DNA of 64,000 bases from positions 153,143-217,142 of the IMG/VR virus record IMGVR_UViG_3300042895_001344; one strand, 5' to 3'. Positions 19,556 through 29,251 of this stretch are shown here, one piece after another (position 1 is the stretch's first letter; every line of letters starts with the position of its first letter). The position numbers and the translations under genes were made by a program. A model generated the notes under the pieces. The model searched no databases and was not told where the DNA came from. It was given only the letters and a program-made list of their open reading frames with translations.

Positions 19556-21066
19556 AAATAATAGATATTGGTAAATGTATTGATAATGTTGATCCTTTAG
19601 GTATTGGTAGAATAAGGGTTAGTCGTTATAACGAATATACGGGACAGAAAGAAGGTGCGATCGACTATGAACCATGGAGTGATAGAGATTTATTTATTGC
19701 CAATCCTTTCTTACCTTCTAATGTCAATTTTATTCCTGAGATTAATCAATCTGTAAAAATAATACAATACAATACTGATAAAGATACAGTAAACGTTGAG
19801 TACATTGCCGGTCCATTTACAACGATGTATGATTATAACGGACAAACATTCTCACAACAAATTGCAAATACCACTTATGGTACTAACGTTAAACATAAAG
19901 CTAATATTAGAAATTCGACAGGTGAATATATAAATAAAAAATCTGAAAATACATTTGCAAAAGAAAAAGATTTTGCAATATATGGTAAGAGTGGTTCTGA
20001 TGTTCTTTTTACAGAAAATGGATTACAATTGAGAGGTGGTAAATTATTATCCAAAGAGGCGGCCAGTACTGTGAATAGACAAACTATGTTAGATTATCCT
20101 TTAATGGCTAAAAAGTCATCAAGGATTTATTTGAAAAAATTCCCTAAAAAAATGAACTTAGAGGAGGTTTTAACTACCGAAAATATAAGTGAAAACAAAG
20201 ATTTAAATTATATTATTGAATATGATGTAAATAGTTTTGTAAATGATGCAACGGGTTATACTATTAGTTTGTATGTTTATAAAGTAAACGGGGCGTTAGG
20301 TGATCTATTTAAAACAAATTATTTTACCGAAAATACCGAGGTTCAATCTTCTTTAATTAAGTTAATTAATGATGACAACACGAACACAACACCCACTTAT
20401 CAAATAACTGTAACATCAATATCCGACATATATAGAGAAATAAGAGATAAAATATTTTTAGTACACGACAAAGGATTAAATGAATTAAACACTCAATATC
20501 CTTCAGATGATATACATCCGTTCTTTTTTAGGCCATACACTAATTTTAAAAGATCTTTATCGACTACGGACGAATTAAATAATAAACAAACTATTTTGAA
20601 TGGAATTAACGTATTAAGAATTGGTCCTGGTGCTGGTTTAATATGGTCAGCAACAAGAGCAAAGGCGGAAGTTAATCCTGTTAATTCGATTGAGAAGGTT
20701 GCTAAAATTGATAATAATACTGCCGAACAAACATTTGGAGCTATGTTAGTGGATAAACTTTATCTATTATCAACTGATTTAGGTACAAACGAATCTACCA
20801 ATCCTGTACCATTTGTCGATTTAAATGGTTATGAATTATCTCAACAAGATTATATAGAAAAAATTGAACCTTCAACCTTTTCAACGGTAAGAGGTGAAAA
20901 TCTATTAAAATTACTTAGTAAAATGATAGAAGTTATTTTTACTCATAGACATAATCCATTAATGCCAATATCGGGTCAATATGATTACGATCATGGTAAT
21001 GAACTTAAGGAACTTTTTAAGACTATTGAAAATGACATTTTAAATAAATCGATTAGAATCAACTAA
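19552..21066 (+). CDS. gp5/VgrG-like baseplate central spike
   Basis: N-terminal OB-fold motif DNVDPLGIGRIRV and P..N.SV; C-terminal RGENL...THRH. Confidence 0.65.
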   Translation: MKIIDIGKCIDNVDPLGIGRIRVSRYNEYTGQKEGAIDYEPWSDRDLFIANPFLPSNVNFIPEINQSVKIIQYNTDKDTVNVEYIAGPFTTMYDYNGQTFSQQIANTTYGTNVKHKANIRNSTGEYINKKSENTFAKEKDFAIYGKSGSDVLFTENGLQLRGGKLLSKEAASTVNRQTMLDYPLMAKKSSRIYLKKFPKKMNLEEVLTTENISENKDLNYIIEYDVNSFVNDATGYTISLYVYKVNGALGDLFKTNYFTENTEVQSSLIKLINDDNTNTTPTYQITVTSISDIYREIRDKIFLVHDKGLNELNTQYPSDDIHPFFFRPYTNFKRSLSTTDELNNKQTILNGINVLRIGPGAGLIWSATRAKAEVNPVNSIEKVAKIDNNTAEQTFGAMLVDKLYLLSTDLGTNESTNPVPFVDLNGYELSQQDYIEKIEPSTFSTVRGENLLKLLSKMIEVIFTHRHNPLMPISGQYDYDHGNELKELFKTIENDILNKSIRIN

Positions 21067-21071
21067 TTTGA

Positions 21072-21079
21072 TATTTATA
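21072..21079 (+). promoter_or_regulatory. TATTTATA putative late-promoter motif
   Basis: 11 nt upstream of the ATG at 21091. Confidence 0.55.
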
Positions 21080-21090
21080 ATAAAAAAGAG

Positions 21091-22512
21091 ATGTCATATA
21101 TACGTTCCTATTTTGAGAAGAATAACACAATTATAAAGGGTTCAACCACAAATACCGCTAAAAATCCAACCACGGAGATTTATTACGGTAATAGCACTTT
21201 TTCTAAATTTATATTTAAGGTTGATTTCACAGATTTAATTGGAAAATTAAGTAATGGAGAATTGACTCTTACAGATATTGGTGTTAGTGGTAATACTGTA
21301 TCACATACATTACACCTAACAAATTGTATATTTGGTGATGAGGGGTTTAAAGGTCAGGGTAGAAGTACTGGTAGACAAAGAGCGACCTCTTTTGATCTAA
21401 TATTATTTGAAATTACCGAAGAATGGGATGAGGGTGTTGGTTTTGACTATGTGAATGCTCCCTCAGATACTACAGACGATAGTACAATTTTTGATCAAAA
21501 CCCATCAAATTGGTACAGTAGAACGACTTTAGACGCTTGGTCAACATCAGGAATTTATGCTGAAAACCCAACTGTGATAGGGACAATACATTTTGATAAT
21601 GGAAATGAAAATATTGATTTTGATTTAACAACTTATATTAATCAAAAATTAAGAAATGAGGTATTAAATTTCGGTACTAAATTAAGTCAAATTAAGGGAT
21701 TTGGATTGGCGTTTTCTTTACCTTATCAAGATCTCACACCTGAATATGATAAGTCAGTTTCGTTCTTTACAAAATATACACAAACATTTTTTGAACCTTA
21801 CGTCGAGACATTTGTAAATGATAGAATTAACGATAATAGAACAAACTTTGCTGCGGGTGTTTATAATTACTTATATCTTTATGTTACTAAAGGTTCTAAT
21901 TTTTATAATTTAGACACTATGCCGATAGTTAATGTTTTAGATTCAAATAACAACGTTATTGATGGTTTAGGTAATCAACAAGAGGTTTCTAGAGTTAAAA
22001 AAGGTGTTTATAAAGTAAAATTAGGTATTGATGGTGATTTGTGTGACGGTAAAAAATTCTTTTACGATCAGTGGACAAACCTTTCGATTGACGGGGTTGA
22101 AATTGATGATGTGAAACAAAAATTTGTTCCTAAACCATTTACCTCACAATATACAATTGGGGAAAATCAAACGGAATTACAAAGATATAAAATACAATAC
22201 TTTGGTATAAAACAAAACGAAAAGATTGTAAGAGGTGAATTGAGAAAAGTAGTTGTAACCATTAAATCTATAGATATTCAAAAAGCCAACTTGTTTGATG
22301 AGGTTTATTTTAGAATGTTTATTAAGGAAGGTACTACAAATGTAAATGTACATGATTGGACATTGTTAGATAAAACTAATGAAAATTCGTTTCATTTTGA
22401 CACTTCAGTTTATATCCCAAGAGAATATTTTATTGAAATTAAAGCTAAAACTCACACTGAAGAAATATTCTATAATGAACATATTAAATTTGAGATTGTC
22501 TCAGAAAAATAA
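21091..22512 (+). CDS. Probable structural (tail/baseplate) protein
   Basis: 473 aa, beta-rich, late motif upstream. Confidence 0.5.
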   Translation: MSYIRSYFEKNNTIIKGSTTNTAKNPTTEIYYGNSTFSKFIFKVDFTDLIGKLSNGELTLTDIGVSGNTVSHTLHLTNCIFGDEGFKGQGRSTGRQRATSFDLILFEITEEWDEGVGFDYVNAPSDTTDDSTIFDQNPSNWYSRTTLDAWSTSGIYAENPTVIGTIHFDNGNENIDFDLTTYINQKLRNEVLNFGTKLSQIKGFGLAFSLPYQDLTPEYDKSVSFFTKYTQTFFEPYVETFVNDRINDNRTNFAAGVYNYLYLYVTKGSNFYNLDTMPIVNVLDSNNNVIDGLGNQQEVSRVKKGVYKVKLGIDGDLCDGKKFFYDQWTNLSIDGVEIDDVKQKFVPKPFTSQYTIGENQTELQRYKIQYFGIKQNEKIVRGELRKVVVTIKSIDIQKANLFDEVYFRMFIKEGTTNVNVHDWTLLDKTNENSFHFDTSVYIPREYFIEIKAKTHTEEIFYNEHIKFEIVSEK

Positions 22513-22515
22513 AAC

Positions 22516-22523
22516 TATTTATA
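22516..22523 (+). promoter_or_regulatory. TATTTATA putative late-promoter motif
   Basis: 4 nt upstream of the ATG at 22528. Confidence 0.55.
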
Positions 22524-22527
22524 TATT

Positions 22528-23181
22528 ATGAAAGTAATTAAACTAAAAGAAAACGATCTTAGAAAATATATTGCTAAGATTATAAAGGAAAATCAATCAA
22601 CCGAAAACTATATGTTTTTCAGTAATTTACAACAAATACATAGACAATGTGAGATGTTGATGAAAATGGATCCACAAGAGTTAGATCAAATTATTAAAAA
22701 CGGTCACGATTGGGCGGACGATCATGTATCTGAAGCTAAGAACAATATGGATCAAGTTTTTGATTTCTTTATGAATGAAACTAAAAGTAAAGATAAACAA
22801 GATGTTACTGCCGATATGGATCAGTTTAGTATGAACGAAGAAGGACAACTTGACGAAAAATGTTGGGATGGGTATAAACAAGTTGGTAGTAAGAAAAAAG
22901 GTGGAAAAATGGTACCGAATTGTGTACCTGTAAGTGAAGCAAGTAGTCCTGCACAACAAGCTGCAATTGCAATCAATATGAAGAAAAAGGGTGTTGAACC
23001 TAAAAATGAGTCATACGGTGAAATAGACGAAAGTAAGAACTGTCCAACAGACCCTGCGAAGTGGGCAGCATCAAAGGCTAAAGCTAAATCTAAATTTGAC
23101 GTCTATCCTTCAGCATATGCAAATGGATTCGCGGCGAAAGATTATAAAGCAAAAGGTGGTGGTTGGAGAAAATGTAAATAG
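22528..23181 (+). CDS. Modular hypothetical protein with KCWDGY...VPNCVP and YPSAYANG mini-domains
   Basis: Small basic modules separated by (L/I/V)xE sites. Confidence 0.6.
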   Translation: MKVIKLKENDLRKYIAKIIKENQSTENYMFFSNLQQIHRQCEMLMKMDPQELDQIIKNGHDWADDHVSEAKNNMDQVFDFFMNETKSKDKQDVTADMDQFSMNEEGQLDEKCWDGYKQVGSKKKGGKMVPNCVPVSEASSPAQQAAIAINMKKKGVEPKNESYGEIDESKNCPTDPAKWAASKAKAKSKFDVYPSAYANGFAAKDYKAKGGGWRKCK

Positions 23182-23943
23182 ATGAATTTAGAAGAGAACA
23201 TACAAAGAATTAAACAAATGATGATTTCTGAGGAGATGGTACAATCTGATGCTTGGAAGTCTTTAAAGAAGACATTAGATGTTCTTAAAAAGAAGAAAAA
23301 AGTTTTACTATTAAGTTGTTCTAATAGACACAATTGGGACGAAAATGATATTGATATACCAAAATCTAAAATGATTGCGATGTATCTTAACGAAGAATTA
23401 GGTGACAAATCCGTTTTAATAGATGTACCTGAACTTAAGATATTTCCTTGTGAAGGTAACGTATCAAGAAAAGACGGAGATTCATGTGGAGTATTAAAAT
23501 CTAAACTTGAAGACAAGGACAAAAATCCTTCAGGTCATCATAGATGTTGGGCAAGTATAAACAACAAATCAGATGAACTTTGGAAAATATCTAAAGAACT
23601 ATTTGAATCGGACGCGGTTATATTTTTTAGTTCAATAAGGTGGGGACAGACAAATATGTATTATCAAAATCTAATTGAAAGACTTAATTGGATTGAAAAT
23701 AGACATACAACACAAAATGAATCAAACATAGTAAAAGATATTGAATCTGGATATATTTGTACGGGACATAATTGGAATGGAAGTAACGTTGTTGATCTAC
23801 AAAAACAAGTTCATTCATTTTATGGATTCAAACCAAACGATGATATATATTGGAATTGGCAGTATACTAAAGATATTAACGACGAAAGTCAAAAATCATA
23901 TAAAGATTCTCATGATAAATTCATAAAAGACACTAAATTATAA
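23182..23943 (+). CDS. Flavodoxin-fold, NADPH-FMN-reductase/iron-sulfur-flavoprotein-like protein
   Basis: VLLLSCSNR, KIFPCEG, ESDAVIFFSSIRWG, LIERL. Confidence 0.75.
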   Translation: MNLEENIQRIKQMMISEEMVQSDAWKSLKKTLDVLKKKKKVLLLSCSNRHNWDENDIDIPKSKMIAMYLNEELGDKSVLIDVPELKIFPCEGNVSRKDGDSCGVLKSKLEDKDKNPSGHHRCWASINNKSDELWKISKELFESDAVIFFSSIRWGQTNMYYQNLIERLNWIENRHTTQNESNIVKDIESGYICTGHNWNGSNVVDLQKQVHSFYGFKPNDDIYWNWQYTKDINDESQKSYKDSHDKFIKDTKL

Positions 23944-23944
23944 T

Positions 23945-24223
23945 ATGAGAATAATAATAACCGAAGACCAAAAAAATAAAATTATGAATAGTAATGATTG
24001 GGTGGAAACAAACGGTAAATTAATTAAAACATTTTATTTTAAAGATTATAAGGAAGTTATGTCATTTGCTAATGAGGTGATGAAAATTGCCAACAAACAA
24101 AATCATCACCCCGATATGACGGTTCATTATGATAATGTAAAGTTATCAATTACAGACCACGATAAGGGTAAGGTGTCCGATAAGTGTCATAAATTTGTTA
24201 ATGAGGTAAATAAAATTATATAA
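23945..24223 (+). CDS. phhB: Pterin-4-alpha-carbinolamine dehydratase
   Basis: F.FKDYKEVMSFAN...ANKQNHHPD...THD-like DHD...SDKC. Confidence 0.85.
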   Translation: MRIIITEDQKNKIMNSNDWVETNGKLIKTFYFKDYKEVMSFANEVMKIANKQNHHPDMTVHYDNVKLSITDHDKGKVSDKCHKFVNEVNKII

Positions 24224-24224
24224 C

Positions 24225-24977
24225 ATGAAAATTATTGTTTCAAAGGAAGATAAAGAATATATAAACGAATGTCTTAAATCAGGTGAGGTTTTAAAAGAAG
24301 ATCTTACAAGGTGGTTTAAAGAGAAGTGGGTAGATGTTAGTAAAAAGGTAGATGGTAAACACCCACCTTGTGGTAGAAAAGATGCTGATGGTAAATCGTA
24401 TCCTAAATGTAGACCTTCTAAAAAAGTGTCTAAAGAAACTCCAAAAGTTGCCTCTTCATATGATAAAAAAGAAAAGAAAGCAATGACTTCACAAAAAAGA
24501 AGAGCAGAAAAGAAAGACCCTAAAGTGGGTAAGGGTAATAAACCAACAATGACTAAATTTGATGAGAATATGGAAAAGAGAACAATAATTCAAATATCTG
24601 AAGATCAATTCGAAAGACTATTTGAATACAACGAAGAAACTCCTGTATTGATATATGAGGATGAGTTTGGATCAATAGAAAATACTAAATTTGAATACGA
24701 CTTAGGTCTTTTAAATGAGGCTGAGTATCAAGGACGTAAAGTTCAACTTGGTAAAATCATGCAAGGGGACGTAAAGAAATCAAAAGTTTATGTTAAGAAC
24801 GATAAAGGTAAAGTCGTTAAAGTAAACTTTGGTTTTGGTGGTAAATCCGCTAAAGGTAAACGAATGGTTATTAAGAAAAATAACCCTGCAAGACGTAAAT
24901 CATTTAGAGCACGTATGAATTGTGATAATCCAGGTCCTCGTTGGAAACCAAGATATTGGGCTTGTAGAACTTGGTAA
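24225..24977 (+). CDS. Two-module basic hypothetical protein (WFKEKWVD...; NNPARRKSFRARMNC)
   Basis: 250-aa ORF; two Cys/Trp/Lys-rich modules joined by an acidic linker. Confidence 0.65.
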   Translation: MKIIVSKEDKEYINECLKSGEVLKEDLTRWFKEKWVDVSKKVDGKHPPCGRKDADGKSYPKCRPSKKVSKETPKVASSYDKKEKKAMTSQKRRAEKKDPKVGKGNKPTMTKFDENMEKRTIIQISEDQFERLFEYNEETPVLIYEDEFGSIENTKFEYDLGLLNEAEYQGRKVQLGKIMQGDVKKSKVYVKNDKGKVVKVNFGFGGKSAKGKRMVIKKNNPARRKSFRARMNCDNPGPRWKPRYWACRTW

Positions 24978-25274
24978 TTAAATTAATTTTTGATTAGATA
25001 TAAAGTATACCCTATCGGACGCATAGAGACCTTTATAGGACGCCTCTTTCTTTTCCACTAACTTACCCATCTGTATTAAATGAAGACCGTTTTTAAGGTC
25101 TATTCCCACTAATAAACGACCTTGCCACTTTTCGTAGGTTGTTTCACGCACATATTTTCCCTCATCGTCCATTTTGAGGTGTTCAATCATCACTTCTTTT
25201 TTAATTTTACACGTAATCCCCCTCTCATCTATGAGTTTGGTTAAGACGTCTAATCGTAGATTTTCGTATTCCAT
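24978..25274 (-). CDS. Hypothetical protein
   Basis: 98-aa ORF with its own host-type promoter. Confidence 0.7.
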   Translation of the reverse strand: MEYENLRLDVLTKLIDERGITCKIKKEVMIEHLKMDDEGKYVRETTYEKWQGRLLVGIDLKNGLHLIQMGKLVEKKEASYKGLYASDRVYFISNQKLI

Positions 25275-25278
25275 AACA

Positions 25279-25310
25279 CAAATATACTATATTTTTTAGA
25301 ATATACCAAA
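25279..25310 (-). promoter_or_regulatory. Bacteroidota housekeeping-type promoter TTTG-N20-TATATTTG
   Basis: Exact match to the -33/-7 consensus, 4 nt before the ATG at 25274. Confidence 0.7.
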
Positions 25311-25313
25311 AAT

Positions 25314-25342
25314 AAAAAACCCCCGATTTCTCGAGGGTTTTT
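25314..25342 (-). terminator. Intrinsic terminator after the major capsid gene
   Basis: AAAAACCCTCGA-GAAA-TCGGGGGTTTTT on the minus strand. Confidence 0.8.
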
Positions 25343-25361
25343 CGTGATATTCCTATTAAGA

Positions 25362-27119
25362 TTATCTTAATGTATCTAAACCAAACACTTGGATACCTTG
25401 TACATCGATTACACCGAAGTAACGGTTGTTCACCATTTTCTTTGCGTAACGTGTCATGATACCTTTGATTGGAGTCATGTTGAATGGATTGTACATTGTA
25501 GGAGTTAATTGTAATGGCACATATGGTGCGTATACATAACCTGCATCTAACAATGATTTTCCTTTATGACCGATCAAGATTTTGTTAGCTGGGAAGTAAG
25601 GATCACGATACACTTGGTAACGACCACCTACTGTACCGATTTTCTCGATACCCATGTTATATTGATCTTGTTCTGGTTCTGCGTTAGAAACGTGGAAATA
25701 CTCTAAATCATCGAATACTGCAGAAACTTCTGAAGAAACAACGATCCAGTTAGCACCACCTCTTAACGTAGTTTTGTGGATTTGAGCAGAAATTTGGTTG
25801 ATTTTTGTAACCAAAGTTTGGTTCCAATCTTTTTGAGTGTAACCTTGTAAAGTTGAGTTTCCAGATCCACCGTATTTCCATCCATTGTAATCCCATTTAG
25901 CTTTCCATGCTGCACCTTTACGTAAGTCACGTAAGATTTCACGGTCAACCTCAGCAGCGATTTGCTCTGATAATAAAGCTGTCAATTCAGCTTCAGCGTC
26001 GATGTTGTGGAACGCACTAACATCTTGTGCTAATTCTGGAGACCAGCTAGCTCTTAATTTTCTTTCAGTTACAGAAACTGTTACTGATTCTAAATCAAAA
26101 GATACTTCACCAATTTGATCTTCAAACTCCAAAGTATCGTACTTGCGATAAGAAGCGTTGAATTCTGTTCTTGCTAAAGTTGAACCTGTTACTTCGTAAT
26201 CAGAAAAACCCGAAGTTGGGTCGTATTTTTGTAAATCTACTTGTACATAGATTTTACCGTCAGTATCACAAATATCGTAGAAATTTTGTGTTGCGTTAGT
26301 TGTTTTAGCACCGTATTCTACAATACCTTTACCGTACTTTTGAGTAACGATATTGATTGGTAATGAAGTACCTGTAGTTGCACCTAAGAAAGCTAATAAG
26401 TTAGCATCTGAAGTGAAAACTTGTAATGAAGCTAAGAATTCTTCAGAATCCATTTCATTACCGTCTGGTCCTTTCAATTTACCTGCACCTGCAGATTCAA
26501 ATCCTTCTAATTCTAAAATTACATAAGATTTAGTTGTACCGGTATTAATAGCAGATGTACTTGTAGTAACTTCACCGTTAGAGAAAGTTGTGAAACCATT
26601 TACAGTTAATGCGCTAACAGAATAAGCACCTTTTGAATAATCAAAAAGACCTTGTTCTAAGTCGTCATTAGCTTCGTAGAAACGATCGTAAAGATTCTTA
26701 GCACCTGTATTATAACCTGCTGTTGCAGCGTCAGAGTTACCTGGCATACCGTAAGGAGAGTAATGACCGTTAGCGTCAGTTCTCTCTTGGATTTTAGGTA
26801 CGAAGAAGAACAATTTACCGATTGGTAAGTTCATAGCTTGTACAGACACGATGTCGTTAGCTAATAATTTAGAGAATACACGACGAATGATAGGGAAAAC
26901 TACAGTCTCGAAAGAACCAGACGCATCAGCTACTGCTGCTTCGTTGATTAAGTAAGACGCTTGGTTTTCATACAATTGCGCGATGTTATCTTTTTGGTGA
27001 CCACCAAGACCCTCTAAGAATCCTAATTCGTCCCATTTTTTAATGGTATCTTCTTTGATAACTCTAAGGTGCTTAAGACCTATGTTACCAACCATACCGC
27101 TTTCTAATAATGCTCCCAT
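25362..27119 (-). CDS. gp23: T4 gp23-like major capsid protein
   Basis: VSVQAMNLPIG, RKLRASWSPELAQD, AEVDREI, YAPYVPL, GIMTRY. Confidence 0.97.
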   Translation of the reverse strand: MGALLESGMVGNIGLKHLRVIKEDTIKKWDELGFLEGLGGHQKDNIAQLYENQASYLINEAAVADASGSFETVVFPIIRRVFSKLLANDIVSVQAMNLPIGKLFFFVPKIQERTDANGHYSPYGMPGNSDAATAGYNTGAKNLYDRFYEANDDLEQGLFDYSKGAYSVSALTVNGFTTFSNGEVTTSTSAINTGTTKSYVILELEGFESAGAGKLKGPDGNEMDSEEFLASLQVFTSDANLLAFLGATTGTSLPINIVTQKYGKGIVEYGAKTTNATQNFYDICDTDGKIYVQVDLQKYDPTSGFSDYEVTGSTLARTEFNASYRKYDTLEFEDQIGEVSFDLESVTVSVTERKLRASWSPELAQDVSAFHNIDAEAELTALLSEQIAAEVDREILRDLRKGAAWKAKWDYNGWKYGGSGNSTLQGYTQKDWNQTLVTKINQISAQIHKTTLRGGANWIVVSSEVSAVFDDLEYFHVSNAEPEQDQYNMGIEKIGTVGGRYQVYRDPYFPANKILIGHKGKSLLDAGYVYAPYVPLQLTPTMYNPFNMTPIKGIMTRYAKKMVNNRYFGVIDVQGIQVFGLDTLR

Positions 27120-27141
27120 TTTTAATATTGGTTTTAATTTT

Positions 27142-28440
27142 TTATTTTATTTTTCTCATCATTTCTTTAATTCTACTGAATTGAGGATTTTCATAAGCTT
27201 TTGACTCAGATAATACCTCTGTAGAAGAAGATGTTGATGGAGTGTTAGAGATTTTTTTCGCAACTGATTCGGTAACCGTAGTTTTTGAACCTAATTCAGT
27301 TTTGATTGTTGAGAATAAAGACTTAGCTTCATTCATAGTAGAAACTGTATCAAATCTCTTTAATATATTCAATTTCTCTTGTTTTGTAGTTGAATGTTCA
27401 GTAAACAAACGTGTAGCGTAAGCTAAGTTTGCATTGAATACTGCAACTTCATTTAGTTTATCCTTGAATAATACTAACGCCTTTTTATATTCAGCATTTT
27501 GTTTTTTCAATGTTTCAACTTGTTCGTTGATACCTGAACCCGCTTTGTACATTTTTTTAGATGGTAAACCAGCTCTTTTCATACCGTTCTTGTTTCCATG
27601 AGGGTTTGATTTTGTACGTGCAGCTTCTGTAGCTTCAACTTTTTTAGGTTCTTCAACCTCGTCTTCCTCGTCTAATTCGATTTCATAGATAGTTTCTTCG
27701 TCAGCTTCTAATTCGTCTTCAGCATCAACATCTTCCATATCGGTTTCTGTATCAACATCAGATTCTAAATCAGAATCAACGTCTGTATCCATTCCACTCA
27801 TATCAACGTCGGAATCAACGTCAGAATCAACATCTGTATCTAAGTCAGCTCCCATGTCCATTCCAGTATCAAGATCAGAATCTTCACTATCTAATTTGAT
27901 AATGTATTCATTTTCTCCGTCACCGAATTCGACATTGTTACCGTCTTTTTTAACTACAATACCATCTTCTGGTTTCATAGCCTTGAATACTTTAAGAACT
28001 TCATCGTCTGAAGCACCTGTCATATCCATAACGTCTTCATCATCCATTGAACCTTCGTCACTCATAGATTCCATATCAGTACCCATATCGGTACCCATGT
28101 CATCCATGTCAACATCAGTGTCAACATCCGAATCAACGTCATCTGTTGAGTCTAAGTTATCGAGGTCTGTATCTGTATCAACATCTGTATCAACGTCTTC
28201 TTCAGATTCATCATCTGTGTCTTCGTCGTCAGCTGTTACATCTTGTTCTGCCTCTTCTTCAGGTTTAGCAACTTCTTCATCAGTTGTTGTTTCTTCCTCT
28301 TCTTCCAATGATTCTTTTAGCAAATCTTTAAGTTCTTCCTTCATTGTTGAAGCAAGTATACCTTTTGCATTTTGCTTTACGGCCTCTTCAAGATTTTGTA
28401 CTTGAAGTAACGCTTGTTCTAAAATTGATTTTTCGCTCAT
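27142..28440 (-). CDS. Prohead core/scaffolding protein (gp22-like) with long acidic tracts
   Basis: Lies between the protease and capsid genes; coiled-coil C-terminal half; D/E-rich middle. Confidence 0.75.
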   Translation of the reverse strand: MSEKSILEQALLQVQNLEEAVKQNAKGILASTMKEELKDLLKESLEEEEETTTDEEVAKPEEEAEQDVTADDEDTDDESEEDVDTDVDTDTDLDNLDSTDDVDSDVDTDVDMDDMGTDMGTDMESMSDEGSMDDEDVMDMTGASDDEVLKVFKAMKPEDGIVVKKDGNNVEFGDGENEYIIKLDSEDSDLDTGMDMGADLDTDVDSDVDSDVDMSGMDTDVDSDLESDVDTETDMEDVDAEDELEADEETIYEIELDEEDEVEEPKKVEATEAARTKSNPHGNKNGMKRAGLPSKKMYKAGSGINEQVETLKKQNAEYKKALVLFKDKLNEVAVFNANLAYATRLFTEHSTTKQEKLNILKRFDTVSTMNEAKSLFSTIKTELGSKTTVTESVAKKISNTPSTSSSTEVLSESKAYENPQFSRIKEMMRKIK

Positions 28441-28467
28441 TGTGAAAATTAATTGTTTTTATTACCT

Positions 28468-28475
28468 TATAAATA
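28468..28475 (-). promoter_or_regulatory. TATTTATA putative late-promoter motif
   Basis: 27 nt upstream of the scaffold ATG. Confidence 0.55.
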
Positions 28476-28529
28476 CTACGATTTATTAAAAAATCGTGTT
28501 TTTTAATGTTCCTGCCCCTAAAAAGTTTA

Positions 28530-29213
28530 TTATTTAGATAGAAATGTATCTAAATTGCCCATAAGTTTAGACATTCTACTGTCAAGTGTTGGTTTCTTAA
28601 TTTCCGCTTCTTGATATTGGTCTCTTTCTGATGGGTCTTTAAAAATATAAGCACCGGGAGTTGATGGTGATGATACTAAATCAAAACAAACTAATTCGAA
28701 ATCATCTTGTACGATGTTTTCTCCTTTAACTTGTTTAAGTGATCCTACACCACGTGAAGAGATACCTAAAGTTGCCCCGTTCATTAATAACATCGCAGCT
28801 TGATCTCCTTTGGTTGAAACGATACCCATCTTCTTCCATCCAGGAGAAGTGAATAACTTGATTTTACCCATAAGGATTCTACCGTCCCACCAAGTTTCTA
28901 AAATTGAATGTGATACTCGATCTAAATCGATTAGTGAAGATGAAGGGTGATTTAATTCATTTAATGCTCCACCCTTTTTAATTAGTGATTGATATTTTTC
29001 GTTTTCTCTCTTAAGTAACATTTCAGGATATATCCTTCCGTTCTTATTTGGAGTATCGAATTTTTGTAAAACAGCATAAAGGATTAGATCTTCAGAGAAG
29101 TCCACACCCTTCATTTCCTGTATAATTTTTTTATTCTCTTCTGGAGATACGTGTCCTGCGTCGTATTCTATTAAAATTCCTGTTCCAAGTTCTTTGGGTC
29201 CTAATATCTTCAT
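28530..29213 (-). CDS. gp21: T4 gp21-like prohead protease
   Basis: NKNGRIYP, ELNHP, DRVSH, GISSRGVGS, FDLVSSPSTPGA. Confidence 0.95.
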   Translation of the reverse strand: MKILGPKELGTGILIEYDAGHVSPEENKKIIQEMKGVDFSEDLILYAVLQKFDTPNKNGRIYPEMLLKRENEKYQSLIKKGGALNELNHPSSSLIDLDRVSHSILETWWDGRILMGKIKLFTSPGWKKMGIVSTKGDQAAMLLMNGATLGISSRGVGSLKQVKGENIVQDDFELVCFDLVSSPSTPGAYIFKDPSERDQYQEAEIKKPTLDSRMSKLMGNLDTFLSK

Positions 29214-29229
29214 TTATAGATTTTATTAC

Positions 29230-29237
29230 TATAAATA
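29230..29237 (-). promoter_or_regulatory. TATTTATA putative late-promoter motif
   Basis: 16 nt upstream of the gp21 ATG. Confidence 0.55.
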
Positions 29238-29251
29238 CATCGATATCCCTA

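Noticed and set aside
27854-28405. 183-aa Ser-rich plus-strand ORF
   Set aside because: Antisense shadow of the acidic scaffold tract
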